DNA of 61,558 nucleotides, counting the filler, from Globobulimina sp. (Eukaryota), in assembly GCA_003354225.1 (NCBI GenBank). It is 24 parts of 24 records of this genome, joined end to end, with 100 filler letters (N's around TTAATTAATTAA, not from the genome) between each part and the next. Parts side by side here need not be neighbours in the genome. Positions count along the whole stretch, not along the records: positions 1 to 2,470 come from PIVH01006498.1; positions 2,571 to 5,040 come from PIVH01006499.1; positions 5,141 to 7,610 come from PIVH01006500.1; positions 7,711 to 10,180 come from PIVH01006501.1; positions 10,281 to 12,750 come from PIVH01006502.1; 19 more parts are not named here. One strand, written 5' to 3'. The notes below the pieces were generated by a model. It saw only the letters and a list, made by a program, of their open reading frames with translations, made no database searches and was not told the origin of the DNA. Below are positions 1 to 10,365 of this stretch, piece after piece (the first letter of the stretch is position 1; every line of letters begins with the position of its first letter). The position numbers and the translations under genes were made by a program.

Positions 1-2
1 GT

Positions 3-1925
3 TTGTCTATTATTCAATCACAAAGTTTGAGACAAAGTTTTTCTATTATTCAATCACGAAGTTTGAGACAAAGTTTTCCTATTATTCAATCACAAAGTTT
101 GAGACAAAGTTTTTCTATTCAGCTTACAAAAGCAGAAGAACGAGGAGTTGGCTCAATAGGAAGGAATTTATATATGAAATATATTAAAGCTATGGGTGGA
201 ATACCTTTAGTTTTATTATTTATAATTCTGAAATCGCTGGAGCATTCAAGTTTCATAGGTTTGATTTTTTTTTTGGCAAAATGGTCCGCAAGTACTTCAA
301 ATAACAATGAATATTATTTTGGTATCTTGTGCATCTTCGGGTCAGTAGTTGTACTTATGACTTGTTTATCATCTCTAGTCATCATCATTGGAGCATTTAA
401 AGCGTCTAAAAAGTTACACCAAGGATTATTATATTCGTTGTTGCATGCAAAGCAAGAATTTTTTGATGAGACACCATTAGGGAGAATAATAAATAGATTT
501 TCAAAAGATATGAATAATATCGATGAGCAATTACCAATTTATATAAGAGAATCTTTGCTATTGTTTGGTCTTATAATTGTGTCACTATTACAATCAATCA
601 TTGTAACACCATTATTTACAATATTTGTAATTCCAATAATGATCTGGTATTACTATTTACAAAAATATTTTATTGCTTCAATGCGGGAATTACGCCGGTT
701 ATCGTCAATTATGAATTCGCCCATTTATTCACATTTTAGTGAATCTTTAGATGGAATTAGTATTATTCGAACATTAAATAAATCAAAACAATTTAATAAA
801 CAAAATAAGGAATTAATTAATCGTGATTTACATTGTTATTATCCGTTAATGTCTGCAAACAGATGGTTAGGTACTCGTTTATCGTTTATCTCGTCCTGTT
901 TAGTTGGTGCTGCTGCCCTTTCCTGTGCTATTACGTTACCACCGCCTGAGTTAGTGGGTGTTTCTCTGACTGCTGTTATGATGCTAAGTGAATGTTTAAA
1001 TTGGTTTGTTGAGATGAAAGCAAGTTTAGAGCAGAATATTGTTTCTGTGGAACGAATTGACCAGTATAAAAGCGAGAATATTAAACAAGAAAAACCGTTC
1101 ATTGTAGAGAACCAAATAATTGGATTGAATAAAGAATGGCCAGTCAATGGGAAAATATATTTTCATAATGTTTGGATGAAATACAGAGATAATTTAGATT
1201 TCGTAATAAAAGGATTAACATTTGAAATAAAAGGTGGTGAAAAGGTAGGTGTAATTGGTCGAAGCGGTGCAGGGAAATCTTCATTGTTTATCACATTGTT
1301 AAGAATGGTTGAAATAAGTCAAGGAAAAATCGAAATTGATAATGTCGATATTGGTAAAATTGGTCTACATGATTTAAGAAAAAAGATATCAGTGATACCA
1401 CAAGATCCAGTATTATTTAATGGAACAATTAAACTTAATTTAGATCCATTTAATCAAACAAGTGATGAAAAATTAATAGAGTCGTTGAAGTCTGTCAATA
1501 TGTGGCAACCATTAAAGAAAATATGTGCCAGCGAGGATAATGAGCAGAGTGACGAAAATATAAATATTAATATGGATCCGTTACAAGTTATGGTTGAAGA
1601 GAATGGACACAATTTTAGTTTGGGACAAAGGCAGTTATTATGTTTGGCGCGAGCAATTGTTCGAAATTCAAAAATATTATTATTAGATGAAGCGACAAGT
1701 TCAGTGGATACAAAAACAGATAAAGAAATGCAAGAAACAATACGTAAAATATTTAAGAATCATACAATCTTAGCCATTGCACATCGAATAAATACAATCA
1801 TGGATTATGATAAAATTTTAATTGTAGATAATGGTAACATTTTAGAATATGATTCTCCAAATAATTTGTTGAATAATCCACAAAGTAAATTTAAACAAAT
1901 TGTAAAGGAATCCTTTGTTGAATAG
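3..1925 (+). CDS. ABCC/MRP-family ABC transporter, C-terminal half (TMD2+NBD2), 5'-truncated
   Basis: FFDETPLGRIINRFSKD, SPIYSHFSESLDG, Walker A GRSGAGKSS, signature FSLGQRQLLCLARA, Walker B ILLLDEATSSVD, IAHR. Confidence 0.97.
   Translation: MSIIQSQSLRQSFSIIQSRSLRQSFPIIQSQSLRQSFSIQLTKAEERGVGSIGRNLYMKYIKAMGGIPLVLLFIILKSLEHSSFIGLIFFLAKWSASTSNNNEYYFGILCIFGSVVVLMTCLSSLVIIIGAFKASKKLHQGLLYSLLHAKQEFFDETPLGRIINRFSKDMNNIDEQLPIYIRESLLLFGLIIVSLLQSIIVTPLFTIFVIPIMIWYYYLQKYFIASMRELRRLSSIMNSPIYSHFSESLDGISIIRTLNKSKQFNKQNKELINRDLHCYYPLMSANRWLGTRLSFISSCLVGAAALSCAITLPPPELVGVSLTAVMMLSECLNWFVEMKASLEQNIVSVERIDQYKSENIKQEKPFIVENQIIGLNKEWPVNGKIYFHNVWMKYRDNLDFVIKGLTFEIKGGEKVGVIGRSGAGKSSLFITLLRMVEISQGKIEIDNVDIGKIGLHDLRKKISVIPQDPVLFNGTIKLNLDPFNQTSDEKLIESLKSVNMWQPLKKICASEDNEQSDENININMDPLQVMVEENGHNFSLGQRQLLCLARAIVRNSKILLLDEATSSVDTKTDKEMQETIRKIFKNHTILAIAHRINTIMDYDKILIVDNGNILEYDSPNNLLNNPQSKFKQIVKESFVE
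6..119 (+). repeat. 36-bp tandem repeat x3 (SIIQSQSLRQSF)
   Basis: Unit tctattattcaatcacaaagtttgagacaaagtttt, three near-identical copies plus a partial. Confidence 0.95.
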
Positions 1926-2470
1926 ATATTTAAATTTTTGTGTGTCTTCTGTTTTGAATTATTAATATTCAATTTAGTATTAATTTAATATACCAAATCT
2001 CACAGTACACAAAGTTTCATGGATTAGCTATGAAGTTTTTCACAAACTTTAACTTTGCATCTTTTCCGACCTTCCTCATGAGTTCACGAAACAGAAGAGG
2101 ACGCTCATTCAGTCGTTCTGGGTCTCGTTCTCGTTCCAGATCACTTTTTTGTGTACATATTATACGAATTACATTTGTTTTATATTCATTAGAGCTGTTT
2201 AGAAACGAAAAATGGAGAACATTTTTATATTATAGTTAGAATATTAATTATACAAAATACAAATACTTTATAAACCCAATAAAAATACACTAATTATTAT
2301 AAGGCAAAAGTTAAAACTTGATCTTGATTGCCTCGAACAAAGATTAAATTATTCATATGTTTCGGAGTCAACGACTGCAAAATCTTCCTATATTCATAAC
2401 TCGTGTACTCAGAGCGCGGAAATGGCATAGTCACCACACACAAATCACTCCCTCGCGACCTCTCAATCAA

Positions 2471-2570
2471 NNNNNNNNNNNNNNNNNNNNNNNNNNNNNN
2501 NNNNNNNNNNNNNNTTAATTAATTAANNNNNNNNNNNNNNNNNNNNNNNNNNNNNNNNNNNNNNNNNNNN
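2471..2570. other. Artificial contig spacer (first of 23)
   Basis: N44-TTAATTAATTAA-N44. Identical spacers start at 5041, 7611, 10181, 12751, 15321, 17891, 20461, 23030, 25599, 28168, 30737, 33306, 35875, 38444, 41013, 43582, 46151, 48719, 51287, 53855, 56423 and 58991. Contigs are 8x2470, 10x2469 and 6x2468 bp, which with spacers sums to 61558. Confidence 0.99.
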
Positions 2571-2580
2571 CTACTTGCAA

Positions 2581-2647
2581 TTGACTTTTTAGGTTAACAC
2601 TTCTAAACACTTCTTTTGTGTTTAGAAGTGTGAACCTAAAAAGTCAA
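2581..2647. repeat. Hairpin / short inverted-repeat element
   Basis: 30-bp arms 2581-2610 and 2618-2647 with 1 mismatch and a 7-nt loop. Confidence 0.9.
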
Positions 2648-2680
2648 ATGTTTATGTAAAATAAAGACGCAAGTCACCAC

Positions 2681-4589
2681 TCACCAATACAATGTCTCAT
2701 ATTCTTGTGCGGTAACATTTGATATAAATACATTTTTCCTGCAATTATCATATTGAGCGCTTGTAGCAGTTAATAAGTCACAAACAGTTGAATTCCTATT
2801 CGGCCCTCGGCCATGAGACACTCCATTATAATAATGATAGGAAAACCTATCCCATAACGTATCATTATCAGCAAGTTTATACGCTAAATCCGCCATTGAC
2901 TGCGCAGAAATATCCTTCATATTATATTCTGACACAGCATCATACGCTTTAAACCAATATGGAGCATTATCAGTGTTCGATTTATCAGTATCAAATCTAT
3001 ATTGATAGAAATTTTCCAAAGCATAATTGTTTCGATTATATTTAAATACACGAAATGCCGGATTCCTACCTCCATATTGCACCACTGAACCAGGCGAAAA
3101 CCACGTAGCAAATGGCTTATTTGCTGACGAAGCTGTAAAATCATTGCCTAATGTATGGAAATGGTCACAATGAGTATGACCAGCAAAGATCGTTACAATT
3201 ATATCCCGATATTCCGCATAAAGATCATAATATAATGTCTGAAACTGTTTCACTGCAGAACCAATTGGATGATGTTGCCCAATGACTACCATCTCTTGCA
3301 ATATATATTTGGATTCATATAATGTCCGATTTAACCATTTATATTGTCCACCAAAGTCAATGTACGGATCATCATATTGCGTGAATTTTAAATAAAAATT
3401 ATCACGCGCAGTATAACCGGTATTTAGTGCAATGAGTCGAAATCCCGGCCGAATTAACGAAGTATAATACGAACTGTATGAAAAAATATCACTTGGTTTT
3501 TGTGAATCATATCGCACCGAATATGGTGTATCTATCCACTGCGACAACCATTGTCCAACCGGAGCATTAAACCAATTGTCAAGTTCTGGGCCACCGAAGT
3601 TATTCACAGGAAGACCCTCATGATTGCCCAAAACGAAAAATACGGGAATTCCAAATTTAGCTAAACCATCACGTAACATATTGATCCAACCTTGCATCAG
3701 ATTGAGATGTTGCACTTTACTCTGATTATAAACATCATGGCCTTCTGCGTCACCTACAAACACTATAAAATCTAAATTCTGCGCATTGATTCCATCAGAA
3801 TTGTTTAAAATGATATCATTGGCAATATAATCCACCATGGATTGGATTGTGATGTATGGAACATCACAATTGATGCTCTCCTTTGCAATTCCATATTTAC
3901 CGCCATATACCACTGGTTTGCTGTAATTATGATTATTGTCATACGATCGGCAACACACAGGCTCTCCACTATGGTGTAATTAGCACAATTGAGCATTATT
4001 ATTATACACAATCAACAATAAGAACATACCAATTGGCCACGCTGTTTGCAGCATATTGTTGTTCCCAATGCAAGTCTGAACGAACAACATTTTTGCATAA
4101 AAAACACCGAAGAGTGCGAAAAATAGCATGCATGTACAACACACCTGGAATTTGTAGCATATATCCGTATTGATTGGAACTGTTATAAATAGGACGGGTC
4201 TCATTGTCATAAATAGCATTTGGTACAGGGGTTGGATCGGGAAATGGCGGTTTCTCGCATCCAAAAGTATTGTTTTTAATATTATAACAAATCAATGCTG
4301 GATCCATATAGCGGATTAATAAATAATCAACGAGTGGCTCATAGGTTTGTACTGCCAATTCGCACACTTCTTGACACTGCCATGAATTGTGGGGCCCTTC
4401 GCATTCGCCACCGGCATCAATGAGTTCACATATTGTTGTTGCTAATGCTTCTATGGTCATTACTGTCGCATTGGCAGCAAGAATTACATCCACTTTTTTA
4501 ATTACTTCTTTACAATAATCGCATGCTAATCTACCACCTGATACTGCACCGCATAATAAAATCAAAAACCAACTGGTCGCAAGCATCAT
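2681..4589 (-). CDS. SMPD1: Acid sphingomyelinase-like protein (signal peptide, saposin B, metallophosphatase); 3 exons
   Basis: Removing GT-AG introns 4076-4144 and 3969-4029 restores QIPDLHW...NCGEPVCCR. Also GD, GNHE, GQHHP and GHTH motifs, and a saposin CDYC...C pattern. Confidence 0.9.
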
Positions 4590-4632
4590 TGTGATTTAAG
4601 TTACTCGGATACAAAGTTTGAGCTTTTTTGAC

Positions 4633-4963
4633 AATGGTTTCAATGATTGTTGGTTGGGCGTTAGTTGCTATATTTACGATATTAACTGTATTTGAAATTA
4701 GTTGGGATACATGGCAGAGAGTTAAGCTACAAATCAAACAAAACAAAACAGTAACACACAAAAATGTACTGCCATATTGGCCAACGTGGAGTTGGGTACG
4801 AATGAACATTCAATATGTTTTATGTTTGCTAAATGCTGTGATATCCATTACCATGTATCACTTGAACATGTTTTGGATATTTTTCTCGATCTTTTTAATA
4901 TTCTTATTAAGCGACATGCATGTCATGGCAATCAAAACCAGTGCAACCTATTTAGTTTGGTAA
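4633..4963 (+). CDS. Probable first exon of a multi-pass membrane protein
   Basis: ATG at 4633, three hydrophobic segments, ends at a GTAATA donor-like site near the contig end. Confidence 0.5.
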
Positions 4964-5591
4964 TATATTGATTTGGATGCGAAAACATTAAATATAACGT
5001 ACACATACGTACACACACAATCTATATAGCGCTTAAAATANNNNNNNNNNNNNNNNNNNNNNNNNNNNNNNNNNNNNNNNNNNNTTAATTAATTAANNNN
5101 NNNNNNNNNNNNNNNNNNNNNNNNNNNNNNNNNNNNNNNNAGTTGAAGGAACCGATGAAATCTCTGAAATTTGTAGGCGGTTCGTCCAAAGAGGATGTGT
5201 TTTTGCGCCAAATTGAGACTGATCAATTAATGTAATATGCAAATGTTTAAATAGTATTTCTACATTTTTATTTCTTATTATATGTTATAATATGTAATGT
5301 GTGTCGTCTTTTATCTTTTTTTTTCTCTTTTGCCAATTAAAAAATTAATGTAAATGCTTTCCGAATTGTTATAATTATATTATATCAAAACATTATGTGT
5401 CAGAAATTTATATTTGTATCAAAACATTATATTATATCGTTTCTACGGCCACAGTTTTTATCGTTTCTACGCAGAATATACATTGGGGTTTATGTCAATA
5501 CACGTACACTATAATAAAATTCAAAAGAGATCAATCAAAAAAGGCAAAAAGATATATATTATTCAATTCAACAGTGTCAAATAACTGTCGA

Positions 5592-6586
5592 TCAATAATC
5601 ATCATAATCTGCAGCTGAACCATCAGAATTCGAATTCCATCCCATCACTTCCGCTCTGTCGTTTTTTCTCAAACTCAAACTCTCAGCCAAATGCATCATT
5701 TCTTTGACCATTTCTTGTTTTTTCTTATCAACCAATGGTTTCTTCCAACGCTCTCTACTTTCATCCCGATACAAACTCGAATTTGGTAAACTTTCCTCTT
5801 TATTTACATTTGATGGCACAACTATTCGTTGACTTAATTGGTTACTTTCATTCAATTCATTAATTTCTACATACGATGCCCGTTTGGTCAAATCTTGAAG
5901 CTGCAGAGCCATCTCATTGTGCAAATCGTCGATGTCCTCCTCGTCCCACAAACTACCCGTTCCTTGTCGATATACTTTTGCTTTTGAGCCAGGAAACGGC
6001 GTCTTTTGTAGTGGTACATTTTCGGTCAAAACATCAACATTCATTGTTATCAACACATTCATTTTGGTGTTTATGTTTATGTTTATGTTTATATTTTAAC
6101 CGAAAATGTTACACTTTTGCTGGGGTTTAATTTTTTAAATTGTTCAATTTCAGCTTTTTCTGCATCACACACTGAACTATGATAACCATCGGAGAGCGAA
6201 GAGTCAGTGTCGTATTTGGCTCTTATCGAGTTTTCAAAATCGTTAACATCAGAAACGTTTTGTATTTCAAACAGACGATTATTGTTCGGCGAAACTTGCG
6301 GTTGTGTGGCTTGTGTATCCTTTTGTATTTTTCTTTGTGGTATGAGGCTGAAACTGTCATCAAAGTTCAATAAAAGTTGCATTGTTTTTTCATCCATATC
6401 CACTGTGAATCCATGTGAATGAAGTGATCGTTGGTTTGATGCTGTTTCAGGAGCGATATCTGAATTGGATATCGACGGTGGTTTAGCAACTGCCTCAAGC
6501 TTTATTGCACGACTAACCATTTGGTTATCATACAATGATATGTCTCGACCACAGCCGCATGATTTGCAGATGCAAAAGTTGCCCAT
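5592..6586 (-). CDS. N-myristoylated/palmitoylated disordered protein with two W..M helical motifs; 2 exons
   Basis: MGNFCIC start. A predicted phase-0 GT-AG intron 6003-6112 (alternative donor at 6100) joins ORFs 6089-6586 and 5592-6062. Motifs WDEEDIDDLHNEMALQL and WKKPLVDKKKQEMVKEM. Confidence 0.65.
6016..6109. repeat. Inverted-repeat element inside the predicted intron
   Basis: 25-bp arms 6016-6040 and 6085-6109 with 3 mismatches. Confidence 0.8.
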
Positions 6587-6627
6587 GCTTCAAGATAACT
6601 AATTAAATTAAATATATTTAATTGACA

Positions 6628-7413
6628 ATGGGTGTCGTGCAAGCACTCGATTGTGGCAATATATGTTTAATCTGCGATAAGTCCACGAAACCACTCAAAC
6701 AATCCAAAAAACCACTCAAACAATCAAAAATAGTGACACAAAATGAAGAAAGCTCTATTTTGATGGATACTAAAACTGCGCAATTATTAGCACAACCAAT
6801 GGATATTGGATTCACGATTCTTGGTCGTACGCCTTCGAGTGCTGCGATGCAGGCAATAGAAAACAATGTGACATATGAAAGGGTGGCACAATTATCTGGG
6901 ATTTTGGATGCCGATGAATTGCAACGAACGCTCACTGAACAATATTCAACAATGCCTTTGGTGGAAGATCTCGAAGACGAAGATGCAGAAAGTTCGTTAT
7001 CAGAAAGCGAAAAACGCGAAATAGATGAAAGGAAATCTAAATCCAACACAGAGCATTTGCCTGTGACTGATGCAGTTTTGTACAGAAAGAATCCGCCACG
7101 AAAGTGGAATGACGAACAGATTGATTCTTTGAAAAACGATATGGAAAAACAGTTATTATCTTTATCGAGTTCGAATTCAAAACCTAGGAAATATAAAATA
7201 GTCGTTGGTGATATTGATGAGGATGAGGCAGACACTGAGACTGAGAGTGAGATAGACATTGAATCTGGATCCAGATCCGGACATAATTTGTTTCGTAATA
7301 AGTCTGTGGATCAATGGAATGTCCACGATATGAATGCTACAAACGAAGAAATGCAAAAAGAACTGATGAATTTAATGTTGATTCATCAAGAAAGTGCGAA
7401 TAGCTCTATATAG
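6628..7413 (+). CDS. Probable paralogue of the 5592-6586 protein (MG start, Cys cluster, two W..M motifs)
   Basis: MGVVQALDCGNICLIC; WNDEQIDSLKNDMEKQL and WNVHDMNATNEEMQKEL. Confidence 0.75.
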   Translation: MGVVQALDCGNICLICDKSTKPLKQSKKPLKQSKIVTQNEESSILMDTKTAQLLAQPMDIGFTILGRTPSSAAMQAIENNVTYERVAQLSGILDADELQRTLTEQYSTMPLVEDLEDEDAESSLSESEKREIDERKSKSNTEHLPVTDAVLYRKNPPRKWNDEQIDSLKNDMEKQLLSLSSSNSKPRKYKIVVGDIDEDEADTETESEIDIESGSRSGHNLFRNKSVDQWNVHDMNATNEEMQKELMNLMLIHQESANSSI

Positions 7414-7710
7414 CGACTTGAGATATATAACATGTGTATATTATTAAATTAATTAGAAATTTAACATTATTACATATTTTTTTTTCACTTGCAAAAACCT
7501 ATTTGTTTTGTATTTATTAATTAGTTGGTGCGGGTTATACTTATTTCGTGTGCGGGCGGTCTGCGTTTTCTATTTTCCTCATGTGTGGGTTAATTCTTTT
7601 TGGTGCGTGGNNNNNNNNNNNNNNNNNNNNNNNNNNNNNNNNNNNNNNNNNNNNTTAATTAATTAANNNNNNNNNNNNNNNNNNNNNNNNNNNNNNNNNN
7701 NNNNNNNNNN

Positions 7711-8771
7711 CATTTCTTAACAAATATTTTCGTAAATTATTACTACATACAACTGCATTATATCCATTGTGTCTGTGTTGCCAAATAATATCCTCTGCGT
7801 TGTATAATGGTTTACCAGCGATGCATTCGTAAAGTATTAAGCCTAAGGACCACCTACATATAATTTTGTATATACAGTCTATCCGTAAACAAAATGTAAA
7901 AATGGGATCAAATTAAAAACACTCTGTTTTTTCACTCAACATATCAGCGGCTCTCGCATCATAATATCCGCCATTATATACTTGCGGTGCTTGATAACAT
8001 TCATAATCTATATTTAATCCTTGTTTATTACATTTAAATGAGTGATCTTTAAATAATTCCGCAGCACCGAAATCAATCAATTTTATTGAAACATCACTAT
8101 TTGCTTTAAACGAACCATTTGGCTGTTCAGCAGACAATCCATTTTCAACTAAAATATTTTCAAGTTGCAGGTCCAAGTGACAACCTTTTTTTTTTAAGTA
8201 TATGTTTAGAAATATGTCCATTGCGGATATGAACAGAAACGATTTACATACAATGATAAATATTATGCAACCAATGAAAAACAGCGGATAACTGCCACAT
8301 AATAAATTTAACAGATTTGGAATACTCGTTTGAATGCAATTTACCATCTTTCATTAACTGATGACACTCACATATGAATTCTTTTAAATTCATGCTGTTT
8401 GGAATATATTCAACAACTAAATAATAAAAAGCATCGGATTCAAAAAAATCTACAAATTGAACAATATAAGCATTGGAGGTATTTGATTTGCAGTCAACAG
8501 TCAAATGCTTTAAAATTGAAGCTTCTTTAACTATATTCTCAGCAACACAAAAAATCACAGCATCCTGAATTGCAATTTGTTCTGTAAATAGCGTTTTATC
8601 TGTTTTTTTAATTGCAACATAAGATCCAATATTTACATTTTTACCTTCCACAACAACTTTCGCTTTAAATAGCTCGCCTTGCAATGTATTACAGATTGTA
8701 TTAATCGATTCGTAGCCATTTTGATAAATTATAATATCTTCGTCACTATAGTATCTTCGAAAATAATTCAA
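7711..8771 (-). CDS. Ser/Thr protein kinase (CAMK-like), incomplete at both ends
   Basis: TLQGELFKA, VAIKK, HLDLQLENIL, DFG, APQ, ADMWSLG after removing introns 8185-8251 and 7854-7940. Confidence 0.92.
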
Positions 8772-9970
8772 ATTCCTGCAAGTGACAAAAAATCAATATA
8801 CATGCAATACAATTTGGATCTATGTCAGTACAATTCCAATGACTGGGATTATTTATACATACGAATTAAAACCGATGGTGGGTCATGGAGCAATCCGATA
8901 AAAACATATGCCAATGGTGGCTGTGATATGTTCAACGAAATAGCAACGTTTCCAGCATCTGCAGATGGCGCCAGTACCATTCAAATCCAATTTGAAACAG
9001 AAACATTTCCTATGGTCTATACATATGTTGATGATCTATGTTTATATGGCACAACAATCACAAATACGCCTACTACAGCTACGCCAACAACATCCATTCC
9101 GACATCGGCACCGAGCACAAACATCCCCACTACAACATCGCCAACCACTCGCATACCGACAACGAGGTCTCCAACGACTGCAGATCCAACATGTTAAGTA
9201 TGTGTATGCCTATTGATCCACGCATTGATACAGCACTGTACACAGCTGATAGTCCAACAACTGCTCAACCAACAACATTACAGCCAACTGACACACCAAC
9301 TGATACACCAACTGATACACCAACAAATTATCCGACAACATACCCAACATTTATACCATCGGAGGTGCCAATTGTTGATGGTAAGGAAGTATATGATACC
9401 ACACAAATATCGGTTACATCCGATTCTGATGGTAACAATTATCCAAAAAAGGAAAAGAACGGAAAGTTTATGTATCTAATTATTGTCGTGATATTGATTT
9501 GCATTTTTTTTGTTATTATTATTGCCTTTTCATATAAATATTTGCTATCAAAACGTAAAAAAAATGAATTTATAAAAGATATTGTATCTCATACTGATTT
9601 ACAGCTAAGTTCTGTGGCAATGCAACGCGTTCAGTCAGTGTCTCATAAAAGTGGAGAGAATATGGATGGTTTTAGCTCAAATTTAACAAATTTAGCTGGT
9701 GTTAATAATATGTTAATGGATGATGTTGTGAATGATATGAATAGTCCGCACACACTGGGACTGGGTAATGACAATATATTGAATGATGCGGAGAATATAA
9801 ATGAAAACATGGTTGTAACACCAAATGGTGATATCGATGACGGCACCGAAGAAGGAACAGATGTTGATATTGAACTTGTAGCTGATATATCCTTCGAAGG
9901 AAATACTAAAGCTGACAATTTAGGCAGTGATGAATTTGCCATTGGTGGTGATACAGACACCATCGCATAA
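8760..9970 (+). CDS. Type I membrane protein with Thr/Pro-rich mucin-like stalk; N-terminus missing
   Basis: Beta-rich ectodomain, PTT/PTDT repeats, one TM segment (FMYLIIVVILICIFFVIIIAF), acidic tail; intron 9193-9245. Confidence 0.75.
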
Positions 9971-10071
9971 AGAGCAATTTGTATATACTATATATTAAAT
10001 TAAAATGGTCTTTAATAAAGAACAATTTGTTTGTGTATAATTAAATAACTAGGTTCGAATGAAAGAGCATG

Positions 10072-10180
10072 AGGACCTTTGTCCATAAGTGTTCTATTTT
10101 TTGTATCCTCGCACTCAGTGCACAATTTCCCTTTATGTGCGAGGATAGAAAAAAATAGAATACTTATGGACAAAGGTCCT
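10072..10180. mobile_element. Palindromic MITE-like element flush with the contig end
   Basis: About 43-bp arms AGGACCTTTGTCCATAAGT...CCTCGCAC / GTGCGAGG...ACTTATGGACAAAGGTCCT with a 22-nt spacer. Confidence 0.7.
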
Positions 10181-10365
10181 NNNNNNNNNNNNNNNNNNNN
10201 NNNNNNNNNNNNNNNNNNNNNNNNTTAATTAATTAANNNNNNNNNNNNNNNNNNNNNNNNNNNNNNNNNNNNNNNNNNNNTCTTGAATTCCTGATGAAAT
10301 CATTGAGAATTATCGTCTATGACGTTTTTAAGACGATTTGTTTAGAAGCGTAATGATAATTTTAG

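Noticed and set aside
2515-2526. Recurrent TTAATTAATTAA as a biological motif
   Set aside because: Always centred in N runs; an artificial all-frame stop linker.
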